64,000 nucleotides of DNA. Origin: Octopus sinensis. Its lineage: Eukaryota. This document shows, piece after piece, positions 24,983 through 36,399 of this stretch. The translations under genes and the position numbers were made by a program. The stretch's first letter is position 1. Each line of letters opens with the position of its first letter. Location of the stretch: NCBI RefSeq assembly GCF_006345805.1, contig NC_043006.1, forward strand, positions 45,756,001 through 45,820,000, given 5' to 3'. The notes beneath the pieces were generated by a model. The model worked only from the letters and a program-made list of their open reading frames with translations. It was not told the origin of the DNA and did not search any database.

Positions 24983-25681
24983 AGGTGGTTCTTAACCAGG
25001 GTCCACGTAAGATTTTTGGGAGTTCACACTTGCAAAATAGTAAATTGTGGACCCACAGCAGTATCTAATCTTTTACTTGTTTCAGTCATGTGACTGTGGC
25101 CATGCTGGAGCACTGCCTTTAGTCAAGCAAATCGACCCCAGGACTTATTCTTTGTAAGCCTAGTACTTATTCTATCAGTGTCTTTTGCCAAACCACTAAG
25201 TTACTGGGATGTAAACACACCAGCATTGGTTGTCAAGCGATGTTGGTGGGGACAAACACTAGACACACAAACATATATATGACAAGCTTCTTTCACTTTC
25301 TGTCTACCAAATCCACTCACAAAGCTTTGGTCAGCCCGAGGCTATAGTAGAAGACACTTGCTCAAGGTGTCACACAGTGGGACTGAACCCGGAACCATGT
25401 GGTTGGTAAGCAAGCTACTTACCACACAGCCAAGTATATTAAGCGTCCATGAATAAATTTTGGGTTTAGCTGTATTTATTGCAAGAAACGACTAAGTTTC
25501 TTTCTCTAATGTTTTACATAATTCAACCTATACAAGTTGATGTATGAAATGCAAAATAGGAATTTTTAAAGAAGTATCTATAAAACTAGTTTTTAAGCAT
25601 TGAATCAATATAGGGGTCCACCAGAATAAAATAGTAATAAAAGGGGCCCATAGATAGATAAAAAATGGTTGAAAACCACTG
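24983..25681. mobile_element. hAT-like MITE with a family A SINE inserted at about 25068-25432 (minus)
   Basis: Perfect 8-bp TSD atctagag (24975-82 and 25682-89); TIR ggtggttcttaacc/ggttgaaaaccactg. Confidence 0.85.
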
Positions 25682-25777
25682 ATCTAGAGTTTCTCTCTTT
25701 CCGTTCTATATCAGAACAGAAATGATTATATATCACAAATGAGAAGTGCCAAGCATCTTAACCAAACCAAGATTTAC

Positions 25778-25879
25778 TTGGATTAGCATGCAATGGATAA
25801 ATAGCCTTAATTCCTCTGGCATTCTCTGGGTATAGTTGGCAACCCAGGACAAAGTTTGGTAACTGCCATTGCAATTATT
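25778..25879 (-). CDS. Candidate 102-nt exon (NNCNGSYQTLSWVANYTQRMPEELRLFIHCMLIQ); product unknown
   Basis: catcaccag acceptor, open phase 0-0, caa|gtaaat donor, non-repeat context. No homology recognised. Confidence 0.3.
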
Positions 25880-26234
25880 CTGGTGATGTTATGTATGTGG
25901 TTTATAAAATCTCAGATTAAAAAGTGTGGGTGGGTATAAATTTCCTACTGCTTACCTTCTGACAGCTTAGTCATTGACAAGACACTCTTGTCATATTATG
26001 TACTTTGGTGGGATTATACAAATGGTAGACAGGTTGGGATTGTCTGGGGTGTTACACAATTTAGTTTAAATTTCTAAACTTACATATTTTAACGCATTCC
26101 TTTGGCAAATGAAGCTTGCTATAATGTATGTGTTTTATAGATATTTGTTAGTCTTTTATGTAATTTGCTTTTGAAGTTTCTGCTTAGAATCTAGATAGCT
26201 TTTTGAAATAAAGTAGTAGTAGTAGTAGGTCCTT

Positions 26235-26810
26235 TTCCTGTAGGCACAAAGCCTGAAATTTTTGTGGAGAAAGGACCAGTCGATTACATCGACCCCTACA
26301 CCACCACCAGAGTTCAACTGGTACTTATTTTATTGGCCCTGTTAAGATGAAAGGCAAAGTCAACCTCAGCAGAATTTGAACTCTGAATGTAAAGCCAGAA
26401 ATGCTGCTGCATTCATCCTGCAAACAGTTCTGCTAGCTCACTGCCTTAACAACAACAACAACAATAATAATAATGGTTTCAGATTTAGTCGAGCAAATTG
26501 ACCCCAAGACTTATTCTTTGTGAGCCTAGTACTTATTTCATCGGTCTCTTTTGCCGAACTGCTAAGTTACTGGGACGTAAACACACCAGCATCGGTTGTC
26601 AAGTAATGTTGGGGTAACAAATACACACATATATATACATATATACAACAGGCTTCTTTCAGTTTCCGTCTACCAAATCCACTCACAAGGCTTTGGTTGG
26701 CCCGAGGCTATAGTAGAAGACACTTACCCAAGGTGCCACGCAGTGGGATTGAACCCGGAACCATGTGATTCGTAAGCATGTTACTTACCACACAGCCACT
26801 CTTACGCCTT
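26235..26810 (-). mobile_element. Family B SINE (26235-26457) followed by family A SINE (26485-26810)
   Basis: Consensus matches. Confidence 0.85.
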
Positions 26811-27859
26811 ATATAATTATTGTTATTATTATCTCTATCCCTGTCTGCCCTCCTCACATTTTTCTAAACTCACCTCCTCCCCACCCATTCTGTCCCCCTG
26901 TCTATATTCTCTTTTTGATTCACCTTCTTCTACCTTGAGACTAACTCTAACACTTGGTCACCACAATCTCTCGTTATATAATGCAGGGTTACTATGTATC
27001 TCCTCTATAACAAAACATCTGTCCCTCATATTTTATTCTCTTAACACCTGGCATAAAACCACTTCCCTTTCCACTATACTCCCACTCCTACTCAGTCAGT
27101 GGTGGGGTTGGTGTGCTTTTTCTTTTGGGTTCTTTGTCTTGCAAGTAATCTGGTGACCTCACTTGTGTTGGTGCCAGAAAAAATAAACAAGCACCCAGTA
27201 TACTCTATAAAGTGGTTGACTTTAGGAAGGGCATCCATCTTTTTGGATCCTGTGAAGCTGTCCAACATGTGTCAGCATGGAAGACAGATATTAAACGATG
27301 ATGATATGTGCATACAAAATATAATTTCCATAACAACTCTTAATGTTGATGCCCGCAAACAACAAAGTGGGTATACTTAATGATTATGAAGCCTATCTTA
27401 ATTAATTTATCTGATTTTAAAACTTTGATTTTTGTTCTAAAAACCGACACCACCACCACTACAATAGTAACGACCACCAACACTGCTACCACCACCATCA
27501 TCATTATCGTCATCTATATAGTGTTGAGTTTAGTTTAGAATTCTGATATGGATTTTTACAAGTGTTTTGAAGCGATTCTTTCTAGCTATCTCAGACTTTT
27601 GGCTAATTCTTCTATTGATATTCTTTAGTGGTTTCAAACCAGCAATTCTCTGCCACTTTTACAAACTTTTTCCCTCTATATATTTCTCTCTCCCACTTAA
27701 AGCAATGCAGATCTCCGAACTTCTCTTCCACCTCCACAGACCTATAACACAAGATTTTTATCTGTAGGCCAGACAGATCCACTGAAAATATTTCTGCTCT
27801 AAATATCACATTTATAAGTTCTAGCCTCAGTTTTTATTGTTTTTATATATATATATATC

Positions 27860-28005
27860 ATCATCATCATCATCGTCGTTTAACGTCCGTTCTCCATGCT
27901 AGCATGGGTTGGACGGTTCGACCGGGGTTCTGGGAAGCCAGAAGGCTGCACCAGGCTCCAGTCTAATTTGGCAATGTTTCTACAGCTGGATGCCCTTCCT
28001 AACGC
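27860..28005 (-). mobile_element. Family E repeat, 3' part, CpG-intact
   Basis: catcatcgtcgtttaacgtccgttctccatgctagcatgggttggacggttcgaccgggg...ctggatgcccttcctaacgcc. Confidence 0.85.
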
Positions 28006-28284
28006 CATATATATATATACAATGTTATGAATGGTGAATTTTCTTTTTCTTTTTATATCTTTGTTTAAAAATTATTTTGTGTCTCACCTAAATCATCTCA
28101 AAACACTCAATGTAAGGACGATGCAGTTGTTGCAATCAGTCAGCGCCATAGTTGAACTTATAATTATTTCAAAGGCATTCCAGTCATGGCCACCCTGCCT
28201 TTATTTCAGACTGAGCATATTTAGGACCACATTAACAGTGTGTTCCTCCTTTTCCTTTTTACTTTTATAATGGATTGAAATTGT

Positions 28285-28696
28285 TTAACCCCTTTGACCC
28301 CAATCTGTCTGAGAACGTTCCTGGCTTTATGATATAAAATTCCTAACTTAATCCTTTAGTATTCAGATTATCCTGTGAAATATTTTGCTTTTAAATTTTC
28401 TGTGTTTTGAATTAATCATGCATTAATCTCATAGCTTCATAATGTCAATGGTGTGATTGTTTATTTTTAAAATGACATTGTAGGGTAGGTTCAAGAGGCC
28501 AGATCTCTTTTACTTGTTTCAGTCATTTGACTGCAGCCATGCTGGAGCACTGCCTTTAGTCGAACAAATCGACCTCAGGACTTATTCTTTGTAAGCCTAG
28601 TATTTATTCTATCGGTCTATTTTGCCAAACTGCTAAGTTACGGGAACGTAAACACACAAGCATCAGTTGTCAAGCGATGTTGGGGGACAAACACAG

Positions 28697-28766
<70 letters not shown>

Positions 28767-29220
28767 TAGATAGATAGATATAGGTACTGTGAATTTAGAG
28801 TGAATACTTGATAAGTGTAAGCACCTGTATATGCCAGATAGTGGCATATATGTATATATATATATATATATATCTACATATATATGACAGGCTTCGTTCA
28901 GTTTCCTTCTCCCAAATCCACTCACAAGGCTTTGGTTGACCCGAGGCTATAGTAGAAAACACTTGCCCAAGGTGCCACGCAGTGAGACCGAACCTGGAAC
29001 CATGTGGTTGATAAGCAAGCTACTTACCACACAGCTACTCCTGTGCCTATCTAGCCAGTTTGAACATAAACCAGGTAGAATATTTGAGCCAGATGTGACC
29101 AGTTTAAGTGCTAAACGATGAAAGTGATCTCAGTTAAAACCTTCCTTAAAAATTTGATGCCAGTTTATGTTCTAAACACCAGCTTAAATAATGACAAACT
29201 TATTTTACAAATTTCGTCAT
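28285..29220. mobile_element. Nested stack: family F MITE > 220-bp TTAA MITE (28352-29118) > family A SINE (28506-29050, minus)
   Basis: ttaa-cccctttgacccc start; inner ttaa-tcctttagtattcag; the MITE resumes ctagccagtttgaacataaa after the SINE; family F resumes agtgatctcagttaaaacc. Confidence 0.75.
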
Positions 29221-29905
29221 TGTCATCATTTAGCATCCACTTTCCATGCCGGCATGGGTTAGACCTGTGGTTCCCAAAGTGGGTGATATTGCCTCTTTGG
29301 GGCTGGTGAAAAGATCCAGTGGGTGGAGGGGCATTGAAGAAAATTGGGAGGATAATGGGGTGGCCAAAATGTGGGGATAGATGTAAAAGAAAAAATATTA
29401 ATAGATTAATTAGGTTTAAGTTTTGTTTGTGAAGTCCAGTTGTTTTGAATTTGCTGCAGAAAGTGGTCTATTTTTGTGGTGGGGAGGGTTGGAGAGGACG
29501 CTAGGAATGTGACTCGGGTACCAAGGGGGTGGCAGCCCACAAAATTTTGGGAACCACTGGATTAGACGATTTGACTGAAACTGGTAAGCTGGAGAGCTGC
29601 ATCAGGTTCCAATATGATTTGGCATGGTTTCTATAGTTGGATGCCCTTCATAACGCCAAGCACTCCAAGAGTGTAATGGGTGCTTTTTACATGCTAGCTA
29701 TGTGACACTGGCATTGACCACAATAGCGATTTCACCTGGCTTGACAAATCCTCCCAAGCATGGCACACTGACAAAAGTCTCAGTCACTTATCACCTCTGT
29801 GAGGCCCAACATTTGAAAGGTGCTTTTTATGTGCCTCCAGCATGGGGGCCTGTTATGTAACACCAGCATCAGCCATTACTTATGGTTTCATCTGGCTTAA
29901 CGGGT
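29220..29905 (-). mobile_element. Family E repeat interrupted by a hAT MITE (29265-29559)
   Basis: MITE TIR ctgtggttcccaa/ttgggaaccactg; TSD ggttagac/gattagac. Confidence 0.8.
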
Positions 29906-30010
29906 CAGTAACCAAAAGACTATAGTGATCTAAATTAAACCTTTCCATTAAAATTTCATGCCAATTTATGTTCTAAACACCAGATTAAATAATGACAAAG
30001 TTATTTCCTT

Positions 30011-30250
30011 AACATTATTTACATTCAACGGATATTTGTCCTCATCTTGTTTGTTGTTAACATAACGTTTCAGCTGGTATACCCTCCAGCCTTCTTCAGG
30101 TGTCTTGGGGAAATTTCAAACCTGGGTTCTCATTTCCATGGTATTTTTCGATGTTGTTGTTATTATTATTATTGTTCAGGTCACTGCTTGGAATCGAACT
30201 CGGAATCTTGGGGTTAGTAGACCGAGCTCTTAACCACTACGCCATATGAC
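30011..30250 (-). mobile_element. tRNA-headed short element carrying a hammerhead motif (copy 2), inserted in the right arm of a family F MITE
   Basis: A box tggcgtagtgg (30234-44), B box gagttcgattcc (30190-201), hammerhead at 30059-30104. The host MITE ends caaaagggttaa near 30278. Confidence 0.8.
30059..30104 (-). ncRNA. Minimal type-I hammerhead ribozyme motif
   Basis: gacac-CTGAAGA-a-ggctgg agggtata ccagct-GAAAC-GTT-atgtt; stem II has a G-U terminal pair. Confidence 0.7.
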
Positions 30251-30659
30251 TGTGTTTCTACAGAAACAAAAGGGTTAAACAAGATTTGGCTGATGTCACT
30301 AACAGGTTAAAAGGCATTGTAGAAGCTCCTTTGTTAGATTGTAGAGGAAAGTGTAGTGTGCAAAAAAATGCTCCCCTTCCCCGCTTGGCACACAAGTTGT
30401 TGATAATTACCTAAGTTCTTTAGAAATTATGATGATATTAATTAAATTGATTGATATTATAAATATGTTGACATTTTCATAGAAAACTAATGATCTGTAA
30501 ATGTGAATATAAAATTATAAAAGGAAAAGTGTAAAGCTTTCTGAATAATGGCGATGACAACAGGTGTGTGTGTACTTTCAGGGGCTTGTAACTATCAAAA
30601 CAAAGGCAACTCCACAAGGCCTTGTCTTGCACTAAAAAGCTGTATGTTTATGAGATGAG

Positions 30660-31035
30660 GTGGTTTGGGGTTCATTCCCAGTGTGGCACTTTGGGCAAGT
30701 GTCTTTTACTATAGCCCCAGGCCTACCACTAAATGAATTTGGTAGCTGGAACTATGAGGAAGCCCACTGTGCGTCTGTGTCTGTGTCGTGTTTGTCCCCT
30801 TACCACTTCATGACAACTGGTGTTGGTTTGTTTATGTCCCTGTTACTTATCGTGTTTGTCCCCCAATACTTCATGATAACTGGTGTTGGTTTGTTTATGT
30901 CCCTGTTACTTAGCAGTTTATAGATACCAGACTTTAGTAATGAAGCATCAGGGTTGATTCGTTTGTCTAAACCTTTCAAAGGTGGTGCCCCAGCATGGCT
31001 GCAGCCCAATGACTAAAGCAAGTAAAAGACAAAGG
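30660..31035 (+). mobile_element. Diverged family A SINE with an internal tandem duplication of about 60 bp (30790-30910)
   Basis: tgtttgtcccc...ttggtttgtttatgtccctgttactta occurs twice. Confidence 0.75.
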
Positions 31036-32295
31036 ATAAAATATAAAATGAAATAGGGAACTAAAAGATTTGGGCTCTGTGATTGAGAAATGCCAGACAA
31101 GCTCCCACCACTACCACACACACACACACACATACAATGTTAATGCCAACTTGATCTCATTGACACTATTAATACACACACACACTTCTGTTTTTATTTC
31201 TAACCTTGTTCACTTTGAGCAATGGTTTTCAACCTTTTTTTTTATATCTATGGATCTCTCTGATTACTATTTTATTCTGGTGGGCCCCTATAGCTATTCA
31301 ATTTTTAAAAGCTAATTTTATAGATAATTCTTTCAAAATTCTTATTTTGTTCATCACACAATCACTTGTGCAGGCGAGTCTAGGACAGTTACGCGCCATG
31401 GACAATAACCCTTATAAGGACAACAAATAGTGCCCCAGGGCAAACATCACAATTGCACCTCCCCCCAACCAAAAAGTGGGTTAGCGCATGCCTTTTGCGA
31501 GGTCAAGTAAGAACATCTATTCTGTGATGTGGAGTGGATGGTGATATGCAAAACAAACCATACCTGAAAAGGCTTAAAAATATTTTTTAATGGCTTAATT
31601 TGAAAATGATCTTGGCCAAAATTGTGCCCATCCCCCATCAGAGTGGCACCCAGGGCATGTGCCCTGCTTGCCCCACCCTAGCTACACCTTTGCATCTTAG
31701 ATGCCTCATCCTTATGGCCCTGAGTCTGTACTATGACATATTCGATCTTATGCCTATAGTTTGGTTGTAGATGCTTCCAAGAAATTTAATATCTGCTCCT
31801 AGTATCTCTTCTCAGAATAGCAAATTGCAATTACCAAATCATGTTCCTTTCTGTTGCCTGAAAAGATAGGTGCATAAAGATTATGATCTCAAACAAAACA
31901 CAATTTGGAAGACAAGTGTTATACCAGTTCTTCTAAATGGCTTTGAAACCTAGTGTATTTTCTGGCACATAAGCGAGTATAGTACATAGTATAAACATGT
32001 AGTGTAAACATTCAATCATTGTCACAGTCTTTCCAAATCCTGCTGCATGTCACATGGAATTTTTGATCCTCCAAAGTTGCTCTTTCTTTGGCTGTAAACT
32101 TTTGTCTGACAAATTTGACTTAGTGTATTTTCGGGCATCTAAAGCACACCAAGTACCCAAGCTGAATATCTCATGTATAGGAACCATGGAGATTTAGACT
32201 GATACCCTTCAGTAAGCTATTATGGTAGGCTAGCTTACAATACTTGCTTTAACACTGCCAAATATCGTCACTGACCTTCACCATTACCAATATTT

Positions 32296-32752
32296 ACTCT
32301 TTTACTTCAGTCATTTGACTGTGGCCATGCTGGAGCACCACCTTTAGTCGAGCAAATCGACCCTAGGACTTATTCTTTGTAAGCCTAGTACTTATTCTAT
32401 CAGTCTCTTTTGCTGAACTACTAGGATACTTGGATGTAAACACACCAACATCGGTTGTCAAGCAATGTTGGGGGAACACACACATACATATGTATATATA
32501 TACACATATACGATCGGCTTCTTTCAGTTTCTGTTTACCAAATCCACTCACTAGGCTTTGGTCAGCCCAAGGCTATAGTAGAAGACACTTGCCCAAGGTG
32601 CCACGCAGTGGGACTGAACCCAGAACCATGTGGTTTGTAAGCAAGCTACTTACCACACTGGGCTTACAAAGAATAAGTCCCGGGGTCGATTTGCTCGACT
32701 AAAGGCAGTGCTCCAGTATGGCCACAGTCAAATGACTGAAACGAGTAAAAGA
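32296..32752. mobile_element. Family A SINE (minus, 32296-32656) fused to an inverted family A tail (plus, 32657-32752)
   Basis: Junction cttaccacac|tgggcttacaaagaataagtcc. Confidence 0.8.
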
Positions 32753-33474
32753 GAGAGAGTACATAATCTTGTGGATCCACAGTTAAATCTGCTGGGCAAT
32801 CATTATCATCCGCCAAGGATTCCTGACAGTTATATATATGGCTATGTGATAAAGAAGTTTGCTTCTCAACCATGTGGTCTTAGGTTCAGTCCCACGGCAT
32901 GGCACCTTGGGCAAATGTCTTCTATAATAGCACCAGGCTGACCAAAGCCTTGTGAGTGGATTTGGTGGATGGAAACTGAAAGAAGCCCATCATGTTTGTT
33001 TGTTTGTGTGTGTGTAATGGTGTTTAGATATTACATAATAGTTGTAAATGAGCATCATCATCATCATCATCATTCAAGTAAGTTTTTTCATATCCAGTCT
33101 TCCGTGAAAAGCATGTCTGACTGTAAGGGAAATAATACCTGACTTGAAAACAGGTGAAGGTTGGCTACAGGAAGAGCACCCAGCTGTAGGAAATTTTTCC
33201 TCAATAAACTCCATCTGACCCATACAAGAAAAGTGGATATTAAATAATGGTGATATGTATGTATACACATATACACAAATATACGTTCATATTTGTCTGT
33301 GTGGGTGGCATTTTTAGTACCCAATATACATTATTAGTAAAATCAAGTCTTTTGTAATTAGATACTTAAAGAAAAGCTAAACATTTTCTCCATCATGTCC
33401 TATAAATCTGTTTGGAATTTGAATGTAAGAAACCATGCTGCTTTATCTGTATGTATTTGTATATTTCTCTCTCC

Positions 33475-33533
<59 letters not shown>

Positions 33534-34416
33534 TATGGGGGTGGTATTTATAGTAAATAATCTTAAACAATAGAGGTCTGACATTTGTAATGAAATCAAT
33601 GCTTAATCCATCATTTGAATAAAGTTGTACATGTGTGTGTATAAGAGAGAAAGAGAAAGTAAGTGTATATTACACATATCTATCTGTTACCTTTTACTTG
33701 TTTCAGCTGTTAGATTGTGGCCATGCTGGGGCACCACCTTGAAAAATTTTAGTTGAGCAAATTGTCTCAACCTTTTCAAAGGTTGGTACTTATTCTATAG
33801 ATCTTTTTTGCCAAACTGCTAAGTTATGCAGATGTAAACACACCAACACTGGTTGTCAAGTGTTGATCACATGCACACACAATGGGCTTCTTTTAGTTTC
33901 CGTTGACCAAATGCCCTCACAAGGCTTTCATTGGCCCAAGGCTATAGTAGAACCAGGAGTACCAACCAATCAGAGTAGTGGACACAACAGGGTCCAAGCG
34001 GCCGAAGGCTAGCTGTTATCTGCTAGGGTTAAGGGCCGAAACTATGATGACGTCTGCCAAACACATGACGATTTAGTTGATCGTTAAGTTGATGAATGAG
34101 GTCCAGTACGGATTCCATCTGACCGTGTATGCTTTTCTATATATATATATATAGATAGATAGATAAATAGATAGATATATACATATATATATGGAAGAGA
34201 GAGAGGGATAACACTGATTTTCCAGGCACCGGGGGTCCAGAACCTTTTATAATCTGGACTAGTTTATGAACAGGAACTTCAGATTCCTGTGACCACCAAA
34301 CTAGTACCTTGCATAATATAGTATTAATAAAATTGTATCATTTATACTAATGTACAAGTGCCTATATTTCATTGGGTTATTTGAGTAAAATTCATGTAAA
34401 TTTAATATTTGTTTAA

Positions 34417-34636
34417 CCATTTAGCATTTCAACTGGCCATATCCAGTCCAAATATTCTATCTGTTTTATGCTCAAGCCAGCTAAATTTGGCCCCTGACTT
34501 TTATCCTACAATGTCGTTCTAAAAATTTATAGTCATATCATCAAAATCTCTGAGCTATGAGGTAAAGGATGATTAATTAAAAACAATGTGAATAAATATA
34601 CATTACATTTGACAGAGAAATCTGAATGTTAAAGGG
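34417..34636. mobile_element. 220-bp piggyBac-like MITE
   Basis: TTAA-ccatttagcattt ... aatgttaaaggg-TTAA. Confidence 0.8.
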
Positions 34637-34644
34637 TTAATTTA

Positions 34645-34993
34645 GAGAATGGAAATTGTAGTTGTGATACCTGTGCTGGTGGCACGTAAAAAGCACCATC
34701 TGAATGTGGCTAATGACAGCACCGCCTTGACTGGCTTCTGTACCGGTGGCACGTAAAAAGCCCCAACCGATTGTGGCCGTTTCCAGCCTCCCCTGGCACC
34801 TGTGCCGGTGGCATGTAAAAAGCACCCACTACACTCACGGAGTGGTTGGCGTTAGGAAGGGCATCCAGCTGTAGAAACACTGCCAGATCAAACTGGAGCC
34901 TGGTGCAGCCTCCTGGCTTCCCAGGCCCCGGTCGAACCGTCCAACCCATGCTAGCATGGAAAACGGATGTTAAATGATGATGATGATGATGAT
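34645..34993 (+). mobile_element. Family E repeat with hairpin sub-repeats and (ATG)n tail
   Basis: Three copies of tgtgccggtggcacgtaaaaagcacc, then ggttggcgttaggaagggcatccagctgtagaaa, ending ggatgttaaatgatgatgatg. Confidence 0.85.
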
Positions 34994-35080
34994 CTTCCTG
35001 GATCAGAAAAATCTGTTATCCGGAATGAGTATGGTACCACAAGTTCCATACGGTAAATCAATTTAGTACCTGTATGTATG

Positions 35081-35150
<70 letters not shown>

Positions 35151-36060
35151 GTATTAGCTATTAGGTTCTAGGTGTTGTTTAAAAAATAAAACAACTGTTA
35201 ATAGAAAGTGGTTAGGAACAATGTGGGATGAAGGTTGCATTATGGAGAGCTAGAAATCTGTTTGATATTAAATATTTTAGACAAGCCACAAGAAAATTGG
35301 TGTGGTGGGGATGTCAACTTATTATTTTGACTTTGTAAAGACCACCTGACAATCAAATAGGTCATGACCTCTGTCAAGTGAGTAGGAGTGGGGGTGGGGT
35401 GCAGGGATTGGGTGAAGGAAGCACTGAAGTAGATTTAAATATTCTGAAATTTCACCTACCTGATGGATAGAATATGTAACTAGTACAATTAATGATGGTA
35501 ATTATGATGATTAAACTCACAGTTATGAGTTCTTTGCTTTTAAACACAAATGGATCAAAGTGTTTATTAACTTCTTAAATTACTAAATGAATTTCCTGTA
35601 ATTAATTTTGTTTGTTTGTAATTCTCAACAGTTGCTCAGTGTCAAAATTCTATTTAGAATATGATTTTCCTACCATCAACCAGGTTCACCTTTATCCCTC
35701 TCTCTCTCTCTCTCTCTTAGTATCCCCAGACAGTAAAAATATTGAAACAAAAATGTAATAGTGACTAGTTATACATTTTTTATTTCTTCTCTTTTTTTAA
35801 AACAATATTAATATATCTATTACTTTTTGAAATTCTAATTAAAAAAAGAAAAGAAATAGCAGCAATTATATATATATATATATATACTTAAGAATTCTGG
35901 ACATTTATAAAATAAAATAAACAACCACCATTTAAAAAAAAAAACTCTCCTTTTCAGTGGTATGTAGTTAATAATTTTGACTCTCTTAGTATTTAAGTAT
36001 TGTGTTTGAGATGGCTCTTCTAGTCAGCACCATGTGATATGATTCAGCTTTTCAACTGAC

Positions 36061-36399
36061 CTGTTGAGAAGGAGAGAAGATGAGGAGGCCTCCTGCTGGT
36101 AAGACAAACCTGATTGGTTCCTGCAAAGAGCCATCTTCAGGTAAGCTGGCCTGTTATAAATAGATTAATTGGTTTTTGGTTCCCTCTTTTACCTGCTATC
36201 TCTTACCTGAGAGGCCAGGCAGGCAACAATGTGTCGACTGCTTCTATATTGATAAAAAAGAAGGGGGAAAAAAACGGAGAAAGACCAAAAACACTACAAT
36301 CACACACACATCCTAATGGATGGATTTGGAATTCACTTACCTTTTCTTTAATCTCATCTCATTTACCTGGATTGTTTCGTTGAAAACTTCTACAAACAT
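36061..36399 (-). CDS. Candidate three-exon segment of a spliced gene (36399-36341, 36243-36207, then 36150 or 36120 to 36061); product unknown
   Basis: Donors AAG|GTAAGT, CAG|GTAAGA and CAG|GTCAGT, and a strong pyrimidine tract before 36243. The spliced frame stays open: MFVEVFNETIQVNEMRLKKRSSRHIVACLASQ(ASLPEDGSLQ)EPIRFVLPAGGLLIFSPSQQ. Alternative start aagATGG gives MALCRNQSGLSYQQEASSSSLLLN. One intron option is only 56 nt, and plus-strand donors also occur here. Confidence 0.4.

Noticed and set aside
27612-27809. Minus ORF MIFRAEIFSVDL... in unique sequence
   Set aside because: Only weak donors and no recognisable domain.
30180-30250. Functional tRNA genes at SINE heads (also 4330-4408, 14190-14255, 49700-49768, 60625-60695)
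   Set aside because: A and B boxes are present, but acceptor and anticodon stems do not pair fully, there is no terminator, and each head runs into a repeat body.
31900-32200. Minus-strand AAGFGKTVT resembling a Walker A motif
   Set aside because: Flanked by in-frame stops, weak acceptor, and no Walker B or other family motif.
34015-34065. Hammerhead-like ggccGAAAC...GTC in the unknown insert
   Set aside because: The upstream core reads CTGCTAG (three mismatches) and stem I does not pair.
34672-34826. CRISPR array
   Set aside because: Spacers are homologous to each other, the array lies inside an interspersed eukaryotic repeat, and there are no cas genes.
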